Positions 9,394 through 19,932 of a stretch of 64,000 nucleotides of DNA are shown here, one piece after another; position 1 is the stretch's first letter; the number at the start of each line of letters is the position of its first letter. The notes under the pieces are model-generated. The model was not told the DNA's origin. It did not search any database and saw only the letters and a program-made list of their open reading frames with translations. The stretch comes from an uncultured bacterium (GTDB lineage: Bacteria > Chloroflexota > UBA5177 > JANWHV01): assembly GCA_963827235.1 (NCBI GenBank), contig CAWHAE010000018.1, positions 64,001 through 128,000 of the forward strand. The letters are read 5' to 3'. Made by a program: the position numbers and the translations under genes.

Positions 9394-9768
9394 ATGAGCG
9401 TGCCGATCGAGGCACTCGAAACGTACACGAGCCCCGATAGGGAGCTCTCAGCCGGCAGTACCCTGGGCAGCGCGAAGCTTTGCCTGGTGCTGAAAGCCAC
9501 GGGCTCCATCGACCGAGTGTACAGCGTCGACTGGGCCGAGAACGCCTTCTGTGCCGATTATGTCGAATCCTCCGTTGCTCGCCGGAGCTTGCTGGGCTTC
9601 GTCGAACAGCAGAAGCCCAGCCGCATGAACGTGGAATTCAGCTCCGCGCTGGCGTGGGCGATCCGCAAGATCCTCGCCATGCCTGCCGGAGCGGGGAGTC
9701 CGCTGGCGCGTGTCCGGGCCCGGCCTGAGCAGGAGCCGCGCACGATCAGCACGGGCCGCGGGCTGTGA
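9394..9768 (+). pseudogene. Probable internally deleted gene remnant (glycoside hydrolase/debranching-enzyme-like?)
   Basis: ATG after AGGA. Protein-like N-terminus (ELSAGSTLGS..KATGSIDRVYS) abruptly joined to ARRSLLGFVEQQKPS..VEF, then degenerate. The family guess is from memory only. Confidence 0.3.
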
Positions 9769-11075
9769 GTACGGCGACGGATGCTCTTCAGAACAAGCAG
9801 GAGCACGCCCCAGGGCCTCGCCGCGGCGCGTCAAGCACGGAGCTGTCGGCTATCATTGGTAGGCGCCTGCGGGCGCGCTCCGGCGGCACCGTCGGCCGAA
9901 TTCACGATCTCGTGGCGCGGCTCGGAGACGAGCGGCGGCCGGGAATCGCGGCCATCGTGATCGCCCGCCATCGCAGAAGATGGCGGTTGGAAGCCGGCAG
10001 CGACCTGGATCGAGCGAGCAATCTGGGCGACCTGCGCCTCACGCGCACCGAGCTCAGCCCGGCTCGCCGTGGAGCCGGCGAGATCTTCCTGGCACGCGAC
10101 CTCCTCGACCAGCAGGTGGTCGACGTGCGATCGGCGCGCGTCGTACGGGTCAACGACGTGCTGTTGCAGATCGAGGACTCTGCCTGGACAGTACAGGGAA
10201 TCGACGCCGGTCTGCCTGCGTTGCTGGCCCGCTTGCTGCCGTCGTTTCTCCGCCGCCGGCCCGAGAAACGCAGCGTCATTCCCTGGAGCGACCTCGAGCT
10301 CCTGGCCACGAACATCCCCAACGAGCAGCTTCAGGTCGGTCACACTGGGCTGGCTCGCCTGCACCCGGCCGACATCGCACGGATCGCAGACGCCTTGCCG
10401 CCGCGCCAGGCCACCGAGATCGTGGTCTCGCTCGACGACGGGCTGGCTGCCGACGTGGTGGAGGAGATGGTGGGTGAGCGTCAGGCCGACGTCGTTCTTC
10501 GGCTGGAGAGCTCTCGCGCGGCACAAATCCTTTCGAGCATGGCTCCCGACGCCGCGGCAGACGTGCTGGCAAGGCTGGAGCACGAACGCGTGGAGAGTTT
10601 GCTCAAGCCGATGCCCCAAGCGATTAGCGACAACTTGCACGCCCTTCTGACCTACCCGGCGGATACGGCAGGTGGGATGATGACCACCGATTACGTCTAT
10701 GTGCCTCGCGGTCTCACCGTCGGCGAGGCCGTGTCGTTTCTCCGCCCGCAGATGGAAACTCCCGACTGGGTGTACTACGTCTATGTCGTGGAGGGCGAGC
10801 TCGATCGGCGCCTTCTCGGCGTTCTAACCTTGCGTGACCTCTTTATTGCCGCCGCCGGTCGAACTATCGACGACCTCTTCAAGGCCGCCCCGAGACATGC
10901 CTTCACGAACACACCTGCACGTGAGGTAGCGCGAATGATGTCCGCATACAACTTGGTGGCGCTGCCGGTGACGAGCAATGGCGGTCACCTCCTCGGCATC
11001 GTCAGCGTCGACGACGCGTTTGCCGCGACCCTGCCGGCGGGCCTGCGCCGCCAGCTACCGCGCGTGTTCAGCTAG
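9765..11075 (+). CDS. MgtE N-terminal/CBS-pair cytoplasmic protein (PRC-barrel + MgtE_N + CBS, no membrane domain)
   Basis: LARDLLDQQVVDV..VVRVND, LHPADIA, MAPDAAADVL, YPADTAGGMMTTDY, YYVYVV, YNLVALPV, LGIVSVDD. Confidence 0.9.
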   Translation: MSTATDALQNKQEHAPGPRRGASSTELSAIIGRRLRARSGGTVGRIHDLVARLGDERRPGIAAIVIARHRRRWRLEAGSDLDRASNLGDLRLTRTELSPARRGAGEIFLARDLLDQQVVDVRSARVVRVNDVLLQIEDSAWTVQGIDAGLPALLARLLPSFLRRRPEKRSVIPWSDLELLATNIPNEQLQVGHTGLARLHPADIARIADALPPRQATEIVVSLDDGLAADVVEEMVGERQADVVLRLESSRAAQILSSMAPDAAADVLARLEHERVESLLKPMPQAISDNLHALLTYPADTAGGMMTTDYVYVPRGLTVGEAVSFLRPQMETPDWVYYVYVVEGELDRRLLGVLTLRDLFIAAAGRTIDDLFKAAPRHAFTNTPAREVARMMSAYNLVALPVTSNGGHLLGIVSVDDAFAATLPAGLRRQLPRVFS

Positions 11076-12470
11076 GTGGACAGCATGGAGTCGGAGCCAC
11101 GTATGCCCTCGCCGTCCCTCCGGCATGCATCTCGCCCGCACAGCGGAAGCGAGGCGCCGCTCGGTCGCAGGCTCGAGCCGCTGGGCCGGGCGCGCCGCTT
11201 CTCCGCTCGCGTGCGCGTGCCGCGAACGGGCCTGCCGGCCTACCTCGTGGCCCTCGGTCCGGGTCTCATCGCCGCCAACGCCGGAAACGACGCCGGCGGC
11301 ATCGCCACCTATGCTTCGGTCGGCGCCTCCTACGGCTACAGCTTGCTCTGGATGCTGGTCGTGATCACGGTGTCCCTTGGCCTGATCCAGGAAATGTGCG
11401 CGCGTATGGGTGCCGTCACGAACAAGGGGCTGGCGACCCTGATGCGGGAGCGGTTCGACATCCGGCTGGTGGCAGTGGCCATGCTGGCGCTGCTCGTGGC
11501 GAACGGGGGTACCGCCATCTCCGAGTTCGTGGGCATCGGTGCCGCGCTCAGCCTGTTCGGCGTCCCGACGATCGTGGGCGTGCCCGCAGCGGCCGTTCTT
11601 CTCTGGTGGCTCGTCGTTCGCGGCTCGTACAGGCGAGTGGAAATCATCTTTCTCTTGATGACTCTGGCTTTCTTCGCCTATCCGATCTCCGCCTTCCTCG
11701 CGGGCCCGCATTGGGGTGAGGTCGCCCGGCAGACCGTCGTGCCGTCGTTCCGGCTCAGAAGTGGGTACATCTTCACGTTCGTCGCCACGGTCGGTACGAC
11801 CATCACCCCCTACATGCAGATCTACGTGCAGTCGAGCGTGGCGGAGAAGAACGTCTCGGTCCATACGTACCGCTATACTCGACTTGACGCGTACAGCGGT
11901 GCACTCTTCGGCAACCTGGTGGCGGCATTCATCATTATCTGTACGGGCGCCACGCTCTACACGCACCACGTCTCAATCCAGTTCGCCGATGACGCGGCGC
12001 GTGCCCTCTCACCCTTGGTCGGCTCGTACGCGAAGCCGGTCTTCGCCGTCGGCCTGCTGGGTGCCTCCGTGCTGGCCGCGGCCGTACTTCCCCTGGCCAC
12101 GGGCTATTCGCTGTCGGAAGCGATGGGATTGGAGCGCGGCGTGGCCATGCCGTTACGCCAGGCTCCCCTGTTCTGGGGCATCTTCACCGCGCTCGTCGTC
12201 GTCGGCACGGCTGTCGGGGTACTCATACCACGAGGCGCGGTCGTGCACCTGTTGCTGCTGGTCCAGGTAGTGAACGGCGTGCTGTTGCCCGTGCTGTTGG
12301 TCTTCATCATCCGGCTCGTCAACGACCCCGAGGTCATGGGCACCCACACAAATGGCCGCATCTACAACGCGGTGGCGTGGGCAACCGTGGGTGCCGTGGC
12401 AACGCTGTCGCTGCTCATGGTGGCGACGACCGCACTGCCCGCTCTGGGCCTGCATTTCCTTCAGAGCTGA
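11076..12470 (+). CDS. NRAMP-related divalent metal transporter (NRMT/Mg-type signature)
   Basis: GPGLIAANAGNDAGGIATY, QEMCARMGAVT.KG, VGTTITPYMQ. About 11 TM segments. Start may be ATG 11085 or 11103. Confidence 0.9.
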   Translation: MDSMESEPRMPSPSLRHASRPHSGSEAPLGRRLEPLGRARRFSARVRVPRTGLPAYLVALGPGLIAANAGNDAGGIATYASVGASYGYSLLWMLVVITVSLGLIQEMCARMGAVTNKGLATLMRERFDIRLVAVAMLALLVANGGTAISEFVGIGAALSLFGVPTIVGVPAAAVLLWWLVVRGSYRRVEIIFLLMTLAFFAYPISAFLAGPHWGEVARQTVVPSFRLRSGYIFTFVATVGTTITPYMQIYVQSSVAEKNVSVHTYRYTRLDAYSGALFGNLVAAFIIICTGATLYTHHVSIQFADDAARALSPLVGSYAKPVFAVGLLGASVLAAAVLPLATGYSLSEAMGLERGVAMPLRQAPLFWGIFTALVVVGTAVGVLIPRGAVVHLLLLVQVVNGVLLPVLLVFIIRLVNDPEVMGTHTNGRIYNAVAWATVGAVATLSLLMVATTALPALGLHFLQS

Positions 12471-12743
12471 GATGCAGACAATTCGCTCTAGGGCGCGCGG
12501 GTGCCTGAACCGACAATCAACGCCGTTCCACCGATCGCTCGCAGAACCGGATCTGCCTAGGCCGGCCCGGCATGGTGGCTCCGTCCTTTGGCGGAAGCGA
12601 CCCAAGCCACCTGATGCCATACTGCATATCGGCGGCAGCCCGATCCTGCGTTCGCCCCGCGCAATTTGCGCCGCGAGCCACCCACCGGAGAGTGCCGGCC
12701 GCCGCGTCAGCGCCACAGGTCAACCTGAAGGAGTGAGATCACA

Positions 12744-12902
12744 ATGATTCGAGCGGTCCTCTTGACGGTCGCCGCCGTGCTCGCGGCGTTCTGGATTGTC
12801 GGTCTGGCGGTGCATCTCCTGGGAGCGGCGATACACGTGTTTATCGTGGCGGCAATCGTCGTCGCCCTTGGTAGCTTCTTGCTCGGCCGCGAAGCAGCAT
12901 AG
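12744..12902 (+). CDS. lmo0937/DUF5670-like small membrane protein (52 aa, not in ORF track)
   Basis: AAGGAG RBS. MIRAVLLTVAAVLAAFWIVGLAVHLLGAAIHVFIVAAIVVALGSFLLGREAA. Confidence 0.8.
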   Translation: MIRAVLLTVAAVLAAFWIVGLAVHLLGAAIHVFIVAAIVVALGSFLLGREAA

Positions 12903-13384
12903 CCCGGCGGCAGAGCTTCGCCGCCGGCCGCCGGGTGGCAGCGCCCGCACGGCGCGGAGTAGCGCGGCGCGGATGTGAAGCCCCGCGATCGCGTGGTATG
13001 TCACGCGGCGGTCAACGCGTGGCGCAGTGCCCCTGCCTTCAATGGGCTGGAAGCCCTGTTCCCCGGCCTCAATCCGGCCGCGACTCGCATTGCTCCTCCC
13101 GACCCTGCCATCCTCACCACGGCTAGTGGTACCGCGCCCCGTCCTAGTTGTCCGCCACGGCTGGAGGCTTCGTTCCACAGGGATCACTGCGTGCGGATTC
13201 GATCGCGTGCAGGGATCAACGCGTCAATTCGCGCCATGCTACCATATCCTGCACGGTGGACGCAGGCACGGACACCACATGCTTATCATGCAGCCTTGCA
13301 TGCGGCTTGCAGTCGCGTGCCCATATCGTTGCTCCTCGCCTTGCCGTTACCGAGATGGTTCTGTAGCTTCGTGGGGAGAAACGC

Positions 13385-15769
13385 GTGCTCCACGCAGACG
13401 ATCAGCGGACTGCTTCAGGCCCACAGCGCCTCGCTGCCTCGCTTTCTTATGTGAGCGAGCTCGTCGCTCTTCTCGACGGCGAAGGCAGTATTGAATATGC
13501 CAGCCCGTCGTACGCGACGTGTCTGGGTCTGCAGCCGGAGGCGCTGCGGGGCACCGATCTGCTCGAGCTCGTTCACCCTGATGACCGGGATCAGGTGCGG
13601 TCGACATGGACAATTCTGCAGGCGCAACCTGCCGAGACGCGCGTCGTCACCGTCCGACAGCACCATGCCGATTCAACCTGGCGCACTTACCGGATCACGC
13701 TGCACAATCGCCTATTCGATCCCCTCCTGCGCGCCATCGTGGCGGTCTCCCAGGATACGACCGGACTCCAGGCAGCACGTGGGCAGGCCGAGGTAGCGAC
13801 CGCTCGCCTGCAGGCGCTACAGTCCGTCACCGACGCGGCCCTGTCCCATCTCAGTCTCGACGCACTGCTTCGCCATGTGCTCGATCGCATCAAAGAGGTG
13901 CTGCGTGTCGACAACGCGGCAATCCTGCTGCTGGACGAAGCAGCGGGAGAGCTCACGGTGCACGTGGCCCGCGGACCGGAGGAGCAGGTGGAAGGTCGGG
14001 TTCGCGTCCCGCTCGGCCAGGGTTTGGCCGGGCAGATAGCGGCGCGCAACGCACCGATGGTGGTGGAGGACCTGGCCGCCGTGCCGGTCGTCAACCGGCT
14101 TCTCCAGGAGCAGCTACGCTCCTTCATGGGCGTGCCCCTGCGCGTCGCGGGTAAGGTGATCGGAGTGCTGCACGCCGCCACTCGCGCACCCTTCCGGTTC
14201 AGCGACGAGGACGTACAGTGGCTGGAGGTGATGGCAGATCGCATCGCGCTGGCCATTCGCCATGCTCAGATCTTTCGCGCCGAGCAGGATGCGCGAGCGG
14301 AGGCAGTAGCCCGTGCCGGCGAGACCGATGCCGTCGTGGAAGCCGTAGCCGACGCGGTCTTCGTGTATGACCTGAACGCCGGGATAGTGCGCGCCAATGC
14401 GGCGGCACGCGGTCTCCTCGGCATCACGAGCCAATCCGACTACGCTCAGCTCCCACTAGCCGAACGTCTTGCGCGGACGAGCACGAGCGACGTGCATGGC
14501 GCTCCGCTGCCTCGCGAGCAGTGGCCGCAGCTGCGCGTCCTGCGTGGCCAGCGGTTCACCGGCGCCGATGCCATGGAGGTGCTGATCCACACGCTCGACG
14601 GTCGCCCCGTGCGCGTCAGCGTGAGCGGCGCTCCCATCCGCGACGCCAAAGGTGACATCGCCGGCGGCGTGCTGGTGCTGCGGGACGTAACCGCTCGCTG
14701 GGACGCGGAGGAGACGGTCCGGCAACAAGCCGCTCTGCTCGCTCTCGCACGGGATGCGATCATCGTGCGTGCTCCCACCGGGGTGATCCTCCGCTGGAAC
14801 GCCGGCGCGGAAGCGCTCTACGGCTGGACCGCTGAAGAGGCATCGGGTAAGGTCACGCACGACCTGCTCCAGACGAGAGTCGTGGGCGCAGACGCAGGCG
14901 TTCGCACGGGAGCCGACGTCGACGCCGTCGTCGTTGCCTGCGGCACCTGGGAAGGCACGCAGGAGCACACGCGGCGCGACGGAGCCAAGCTCACGGTGGA
15001 GAGCCGCCAAGCGCTGCTCCGCGACGACAGCCAGCGGCCGATCGCCATCCTGGAGATCAACCGCGACGTGACGGCGCGGGATGCCTTCCTCGCTGCCGTG
15101 GCACACGACTTGAAGACGCCACTTACGAGCATCCGGGGACATGCCCAGCTTGCCCGCAGGCGCCTAAGCCGCCGGCCGACGGACGTGGCAGCGCTCGAGC
15201 TACCGCTTCTGCAGATCGAACAGGGCACGCGGCACGCTCAGCGCTTGATCGACGAGTTGTCCGACGTGACGCGCGTGCGGTCCGGCGCCACGCTCGAGCT
15301 CGAGCGGCAATCGGCGGATCTGGTGGCCCTCGTGCGTGCCGCCGTGGCACAGCAGGAGGGTATCACCAGGCACCGCATCGAGGTGACTGCCGGCGTGCCC
15401 GAGATCGAGGCGATGGTGGACGTGCCGCGAATCGAGCGCGTGCTCGGTAATCTGCTCTCCAACGCCGTCAAGTATAGCCGGGAAACGTCCAGCATCAGCG
15501 TCGAAATCGACTGCGTGAACGGCGATCGCGGACCGATGGCAGCAATCGTAGTGCGCGACCAGGGAGTCGGCATCCCGGCAGACGACCTGCCCTACATCTT
15601 CGATCGATTCCACCGCGGCGCGAACGTGGTCCGATCGGTGCCCGGCACCGGAGTGGGCCTGGCCAGCGTGAGAACGATCGTCGAGCAGCACGGCGGCACG
15701 ATCAGGGTCGACAGTGCCGAGTCCTCCGGCACCACGTTCACGGTGCTTCTCCCGTTGCAAGCATCTTGA
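13385..15769 (+). CDS. Cytoplasmic PAS-GAF-PAS-PAS sensor histidine kinase
   Basis: VHPDDR PAS, GAF (GQGLAGQIA, SFMGVPL), AHDLKTPLTSI H-box, NLLSNAVKYS, DQGVGI, GTGVGLA. Confidence 0.93.
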   Translation: MLHADDQRTASGPQRLAASLSYVSELVALLDGEGSIEYASPSYATCLGLQPEALRGTDLLELVHPDDRDQVRSTWTILQAQPAETRVVTVRQHHADSTWRTYRITLHNRLFDPLLRAIVAVSQDTTGLQAARGQAEVATARLQALQSVTDAALSHLSLDALLRHVLDRIKEVLRVDNAAILLLDEAAGELTVHVARGPEEQVEGRVRVPLGQGLAGQIAARNAPMVVEDLAAVPVVNRLLQEQLRSFMGVPLRVAGKVIGVLHAATRAPFRFSDEDVQWLEVMADRIALAIRHAQIFRAEQDARAEAVARAGETDAVVEAVADAVFVYDLNAGIVRANAAARGLLGITSQSDYAQLPLAERLARTSTSDVHGAPLPREQWPQLRVLRGQRFTGADAMEVLIHTLDGRPVRVSVSGAPIRDAKGDIAGGVLVLRDVTARWDAEETVRQQAALLALARDAIIVRAPTGVILRWNAGAEALYGWTAEEASGKVTHDLLQTRVVGADAGVRTGADVDAVVVACGTWEGTQEHTRRDGAKLTVESRQALLRDDSQRPIAILEINRDVTARDAFLAAVAHDLKTPLTSIRGHAQLARRRLSRRPTDVAALELPLLQIEQGTRHAQRLIDELSDVTRVRSGATLELERQSADLVALVRAAVAQQEGITRHRIEVTAGVPEIEAMVDVPRIERVLGNLLSNAVKYSRETSSISVEIDCVNGDRGPMAAIVVRDQGVGIPADDLPYIFDRFHRGANVVRSVPGTGVGLASVRTIVEQHGGTIRVDSAESSGTTFTVLLPLQAS

Positions 15770-15838
15770 GGGGCCAGACCACCCGGTGATCGTGCGGCCG
15801 TCCCTATCGCCGGTACGATGCCTGCGGTCTTTCTTGCC

Positions 15839-16096
15839 TCAGGTAGTGCTCTTGGCCGCTCCGGCCACCTTCGCCATCGACGACTTGATCGTGGACGGCG
15901 AGCCACCTTGGCGGGTCAGGCAGCCTTCCATCAGCTGCGCGTGACGGCGGGTCTGATCGAGATGCATTCTGAGGCCGGCTTGCAGGTCCGGAAATCGCCC
16001 GGCATCGCCGATGTGCTCCTCGAGCGCGGAAATCAGGCACACCTCCGTGCTGTGCGCATCACTCAGCCAGCTCACAAAGACATCATTACCGTTCAT
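15839..16096 (-). pseudogene. Truncated DUF892/YciE-F ferritin-like protein
   Basis: GGAGG RBS. WLSDAHSTE..L..H..HLDQTRRHAQLMEGCL..GGSPS.IK is the N-terminal half only, stopping after 85 aa. Confidence 0.7.
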
Positions 16097-16549
16097 AAAG
16101 AACCTCCGGCATGCTCCGTATCGATCGCACCGGCTAGCTCTCCGGCTCAGTTCCCAGGGTCGCAGACGTGACGGCTCCTCACATCGCCCGGAATGCTGAG
16201 AGGGTGCTCGCTCCCGGCCTAGCCCCGGCATTAGGCAATGTGGGGGCCGTTACCGGTCAATCAGTCGACGGCGCCATCCGCCCACTCGCTCGCTGGAATG
16301 TGGCCGGCGATTTGCTGCGGCAGCATGTTCTTCCGGGCAAGGGCCGCGAGGTGATCTAGCGTCGAGCGATTCCTTTTCGGCCACGATCTAGTCTTGTTTA
16401 CTCGATCGCAGGCTGCGAATCACGCGGCCCCGAGTCGAGCGTCCGCGGCGTCGATGTTCAGCAGGATGACGCCGTGTACGTGCGTGCCAAGAGCGATATT
16501 CATGCTTCTGCATCTCTGTCCCACTGCCTGTGCTTCGGAACCGGGCTGC

Positions 16550-16708
16550 CTAGAGCGCACCGACGAAGAACAACACCAGCATGATCACGAGGAGCAGCCC
16601 AAGGGGCGAGAAGCTCCAGTAGCCGTACCCGGGCTGCGAATAGCCCCATCCGCCGCCGATCAGCGAGAACACGGCCAGGACGATCAGGATCAACAACAGT
16701 GCCGACAT
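16550..16708 (-). CDS. DUF3309-like small membrane protein (not in ORF track)
   Basis: GAAAGG RBS. MSALLLILIVLAVFSLIGGGWGYSQPGYGYWSFSPLGLLLVIMLVLFFVGAL. In-frame ATG also at 16717. Confidence 0.75.
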   Translation of the reverse strand: MSALLLILIVLAVFSLIGGGWGYSQPGYGYWSFSPLGLLLVIMLVLFFVGAL

Positions 16709-17046
16709 AGGAGTCATCCTTTCTCAACGTGTCACGGGAACCGGCCGACTCCCCTATAAGCCGGGGATTCAGGGTGCCGCCGGCTCCAGCGACAGATCCA
16801 GTGTCGCGCACCGAGCAGCCTTCGCCGTCCGCCATTCGGCTGGAGTGCGCCGCGAGACAGCGTTAGGTCATTTGGGCGTTCCGTCCTGAATCGCACACGC
16901 CGATCTCGCGTCGTTTGTCGAGCGCGTCTCGAGGCAAGGTGCCCGCTTCGACGCTAATACGAAGCGCCGATCGGTCGGAGGAAGCGCAGCGATAGCTTTC
17001 ACGCGTTTGGAGAGCGTGCCAGGAAGGAAAGGCAATGCCGGCAGAT

Positions 17047-19932
17047 CTATGCGGTCGCGGCCCGCGATCCGGCGAAGGGGCTCTCACCGGTGGACAGGAA
17101 CGTGCCCAGCTCCTTGTCCATCACCTTGATGTGGTCGGTCAGCCAGTCGCGCAGGAACTCGGTCAGCGGCAGCGTAACCACCACCTCGCCGCGTTGGAAG
17201 GCGGCGTGAAGCTGCGCCACCTGCGCGGTGAAGACGTCGTGGGCAGCCTTGTGACGGTAGTAGAGAGGATACGTGTGCCGCAGCATGAGCTGCTCCTCCG
17301 TGGCGAAGTGTGTGCTCGTATAGTCCAGCAGCCCCACCAGCACTTCGCCGACCACGTCGCGGTCCCGACCCCGATTCATTGCCTCGTGAAGATGGTTGAT
17401 CAACCCTACCAGCCGCCGGTGCTGGTCGTCGATCTCCGCGTTGCCGACCGAAAGGCTCATACTCCAGGTGATGATCGGCTTCAGAATGGCCTCGGCCGGC
17501 ACCGGGCGCGACATATAGTACCCTTGCGCCTGATCGGCGCCGAGCTGCGCGAGCATGGCCCACGTCTCCGCGTCCTCCACGCCCTCTGTGACCACCTCCA
17601 TGCCCAGAGAGTGGGCGAGTCCGATGGTCAGTGCCACGATCACCTGGCTCTCCGACTGCGTTCGCATGCCCTGCACGAACGATCGGTCGATCTTGAGCTC
17701 GTTAACGGGCAGAGTCGCGAGGTAGGACAGTGAGGAGTAGCCCGTACCAAAATCGTCGATCGCCAGCCTCACTCCCAGGGCAGCAAGCTGCGAGAGAGTG
17801 GCCTGTGTGCCGCGAACATCCGCCATGATCGTCGACTCCGTGAGCTCCAGGCAGAGCAGACGCGGCGGTATGCCGTGGTGCCGCAGCAGCCGCTCCACGG
17901 TAGCCACGATCGTGGAGTCCCGCAGGTTACGCATGGAGAGATTGACCGCCATCTGCAGCTCCAGCCCCTCCGCCGCCCAAGCCGCGCACTGGGCCACCGC
18001 GGCGTCCAGCACCCAGGCGGTGAGAGGCCCGATCAAACCGGTCTTTTCGGCCAGAGGAACGAAGCGATCGGGAGGGATGAGTCCCTTCCTGGCATGCGGC
18101 CAGCGGACCAGCGCTTCCACGCCGCAAAGCTGGCCGGTGGCGATGGCGACCTTGGGCTGGTAGTGAAGCACCAGGCTACCGCGGTCCAGGCTCTCACGCA
18201 AATCCGTAAGCAACGTGAGCTGCTCTGGATCGGTAGCGTCGAGAGCAGGGTCGTAGAGAGTAAACGTACTCTGATCGCGCTTGGCAACATGCATGGCTAC
18301 GTCCGCGCGCTGCAGTAGGAGCGTGGCGCTTTCGCCTTGCTGGGTCGAGATTGCCGCCCCGACAGTCGCTCCCACCGAGACCGCGTGGTCTTGCACCACG
18401 TAGGGCGGTTTCAGCGAGAGCATGATCGCTGTCACCACGTCGTTGACCTGCTCGACATCTCCGCCGGGCAGCAGCACGGCGAACTCGTCGCTGCCCTGGC
18501 GGGCCAGGCTGGCAGATGGCGGTACGGCGGCTCGAAGCCGCATGGACGCCTCCTTCAGCAAGAGGTCGCCGAACCGGTGTCCGAGCACGTCGTTGACTTC
18601 TCTGAAGCGGTCGAGATCGAGCAGCAGCAGGGCGCATGCCACGCCCGTTCGCTCTGCGGCACTGAGCGCCGCACGCAACGTGTCCTGCATCGCCACGCGG
18701 TTCGGCAGGCCGGTCAGGGCATCATGCCTCATCTGGTGGCGCAAACTGCGCTCGCTGGCACGCAGCTCCTCCGTGAGCCGGCTGTTCTCGACCAGCGCGA
18801 TGAGCTGCCGTACGAACACCAGGCTGGCCAGCACGCCGTCGCAGGCGATCGTGCCGTCGACCATCCGGCGGCCGTCCGCCCACCAGCTTACCGCGGCGGC
18901 GAGCGCGGCAAGCGGCAGCAGCGCGGTCGGCAGCAGCACGCGCCAGACCGCGGTGGCACCGTCTCCGAGCTCGATGCGCTGCGGCCTGGGAAGCTCCAAC
19001 GTCTGCATGCGCGCGGCCGTCTCGCACCGGATCACCGACGCCGCCAAGCCGCAGAACAGCAGCCCTACCGGCCAGCCGGCATCGGAGAGGTCGCCAGTCT
19101 GGTAGGTGCCCAGTAGCGTCGAGTAGATGTTCGAGGTGAGCGCCGCGGCCAGAATGGCGCCGGCCAGAGTGAACAGTGTGAGCGCCGTTCTTCGCCGCGG
19201 CTCGCGGGTGCGCATCCACGCCAGCACAAGGCAGGCAAGGACCAGACAGCTGAGCACGGGGTAGCTTGAGTAGACCACCTTGGCCCACGGACCCGCCGTC
19301 GCGTGCTGCAGCGTCGGGCCAAGCACGGGCGCCCAGGCGCAGGCGATAGTGGCACTGATCACGATCACGCCATCCAGCAGGGATCGCACGCTATGCCCGA
19401 GAGAAGGAGCCCCTCCGGCTAGCAGCCAGATAGCTGGCAGGAAGAGGGTATAGCCGCCCAGGAACAGCGGGTCATCCCAGTACGGCGTCGGCGTGTCATG
19501 CCCGGTAAGCACAGTATGACCAAGCTCGACGACCAAGCCCGCGAGAATCATGAGCATTGCCGCGGCCACGATGCGGGGCACATGCGCCACCCGGTCTGCT
19601 TCGCCTGGCGCAGGATCGGCGCTGGACCGGGTGAACGACCGACCGTTCCAGAAGCTTAGCGCGATAGCTCCGAGAACCGCGAATCCCTGCAGGCCCTGGT
19701 CCAGCCCTTTGGTGAGGTCCCTACCGCCCGGCCTGAGCAGGAGCACCCCGAGCAGCACCACGCCGTAAAGCAGAACGGCTATCAGAGCGCGAAAAAGGCG
19801 ACGCTCGCTGGCCCTCTGGCAACACGACTCACCCTCCGGGCGGGCCGGCAAACGCTGCCAGTCTCGACGGCTCGCCGACTTCTGGATAGCATCGACAACC
19901 GACTCATCCGGCGGCGAGACGGAACGCAGCAT
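17047..19932 (-). CDS. Membrane sensor - GGDEF(degenerate) - EAL - bacteriohemerythrin fusion, c-di-GMP phosphodiesterase
   Basis: Multi-TM N-terminus. HDALTGLPNR, GSDEF. EAL motifs GVEALVRW, ELTES, DDFGTGYSS, KIDRSF, EGVE, QGY. C-terminal IDDQH..HFATEE..HKAAH..HIKVMD. Confidence 0.93.
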   Translation of the reverse strand: MLRSVSPPDESVVDAIQKSASRRDWQRLPARPEGESCCQRASERRLFRALIAVLLYGVVLLGVLLLRPGGRDLTKGLDQGLQGFAVLGAIALSFWNGRSFTRSSADPAPGEADRVAHVPRIVAAAMLMILAGLVVELGHTVLTGHDTPTPYWDDPLFLGGYTLFLPAIWLLAGGAPSLGHSVRSLLDGVIVISATIACAWAPVLGPTLQHATAGPWAKVVYSSYPVLSCLVLACLVLAWMRTREPRRRTALTLFTLAGAILAAALTSNIYSTLLGTYQTGDLSDAGWPVGLLFCGLAASVIRCETAARMQTLELPRPQRIELGDGATAVWRVLLPTALLPLAALAAAVSWWADGRRMVDGTIACDGVLASLVFVRQLIALVENSRLTEELRASERSLRHQMRHDALTGLPNRVAMQDTLRAALSAAERTGVACALLLLDLDRFREVNDVLGHRFGDLLLKEASMRLRAAVPPSASLARQGSDEFAVLLPGGDVEQVNDVVTAIMLSLKPPYVVQDHAVSVGATVGAAISTQQGESATLLLQRADVAMHVAKRDQSTFTLYDPALDATDPEQLTLLTDLRESLDRGSLVLHYQPKVAIATGQLCGVEALVRWPHARKGLIPPDRFVPLAEKTGLIGPLTAWVLDAAVAQCAAWAAEGLELQMAVNLSMRNLRDSTIVATVERLLRHHGIPPRLLCLELTESTIMADVRGTQATLSQLAALGVRLAIDDFGTGYSSLSYLATLPVNELKIDRSFVQGMRTQSESQVIVALTIGLAHSLGMEVVTEGVEDAETWAMLAQLGADQAQGYYMSRPVPAEAILKPIITWSMSLSVGNAEIDDQHRRLVGLINHLHEAMNRGRDRDVVGEVLVGLLDYTSTHFATEEQLMLRHTYPLYYRHKAAHDVFTAQVAQLHAAFQRGEVVVTLPLTEFLRDWLTDHIKVMDKELGTFLSTGESPFAGSRAATA

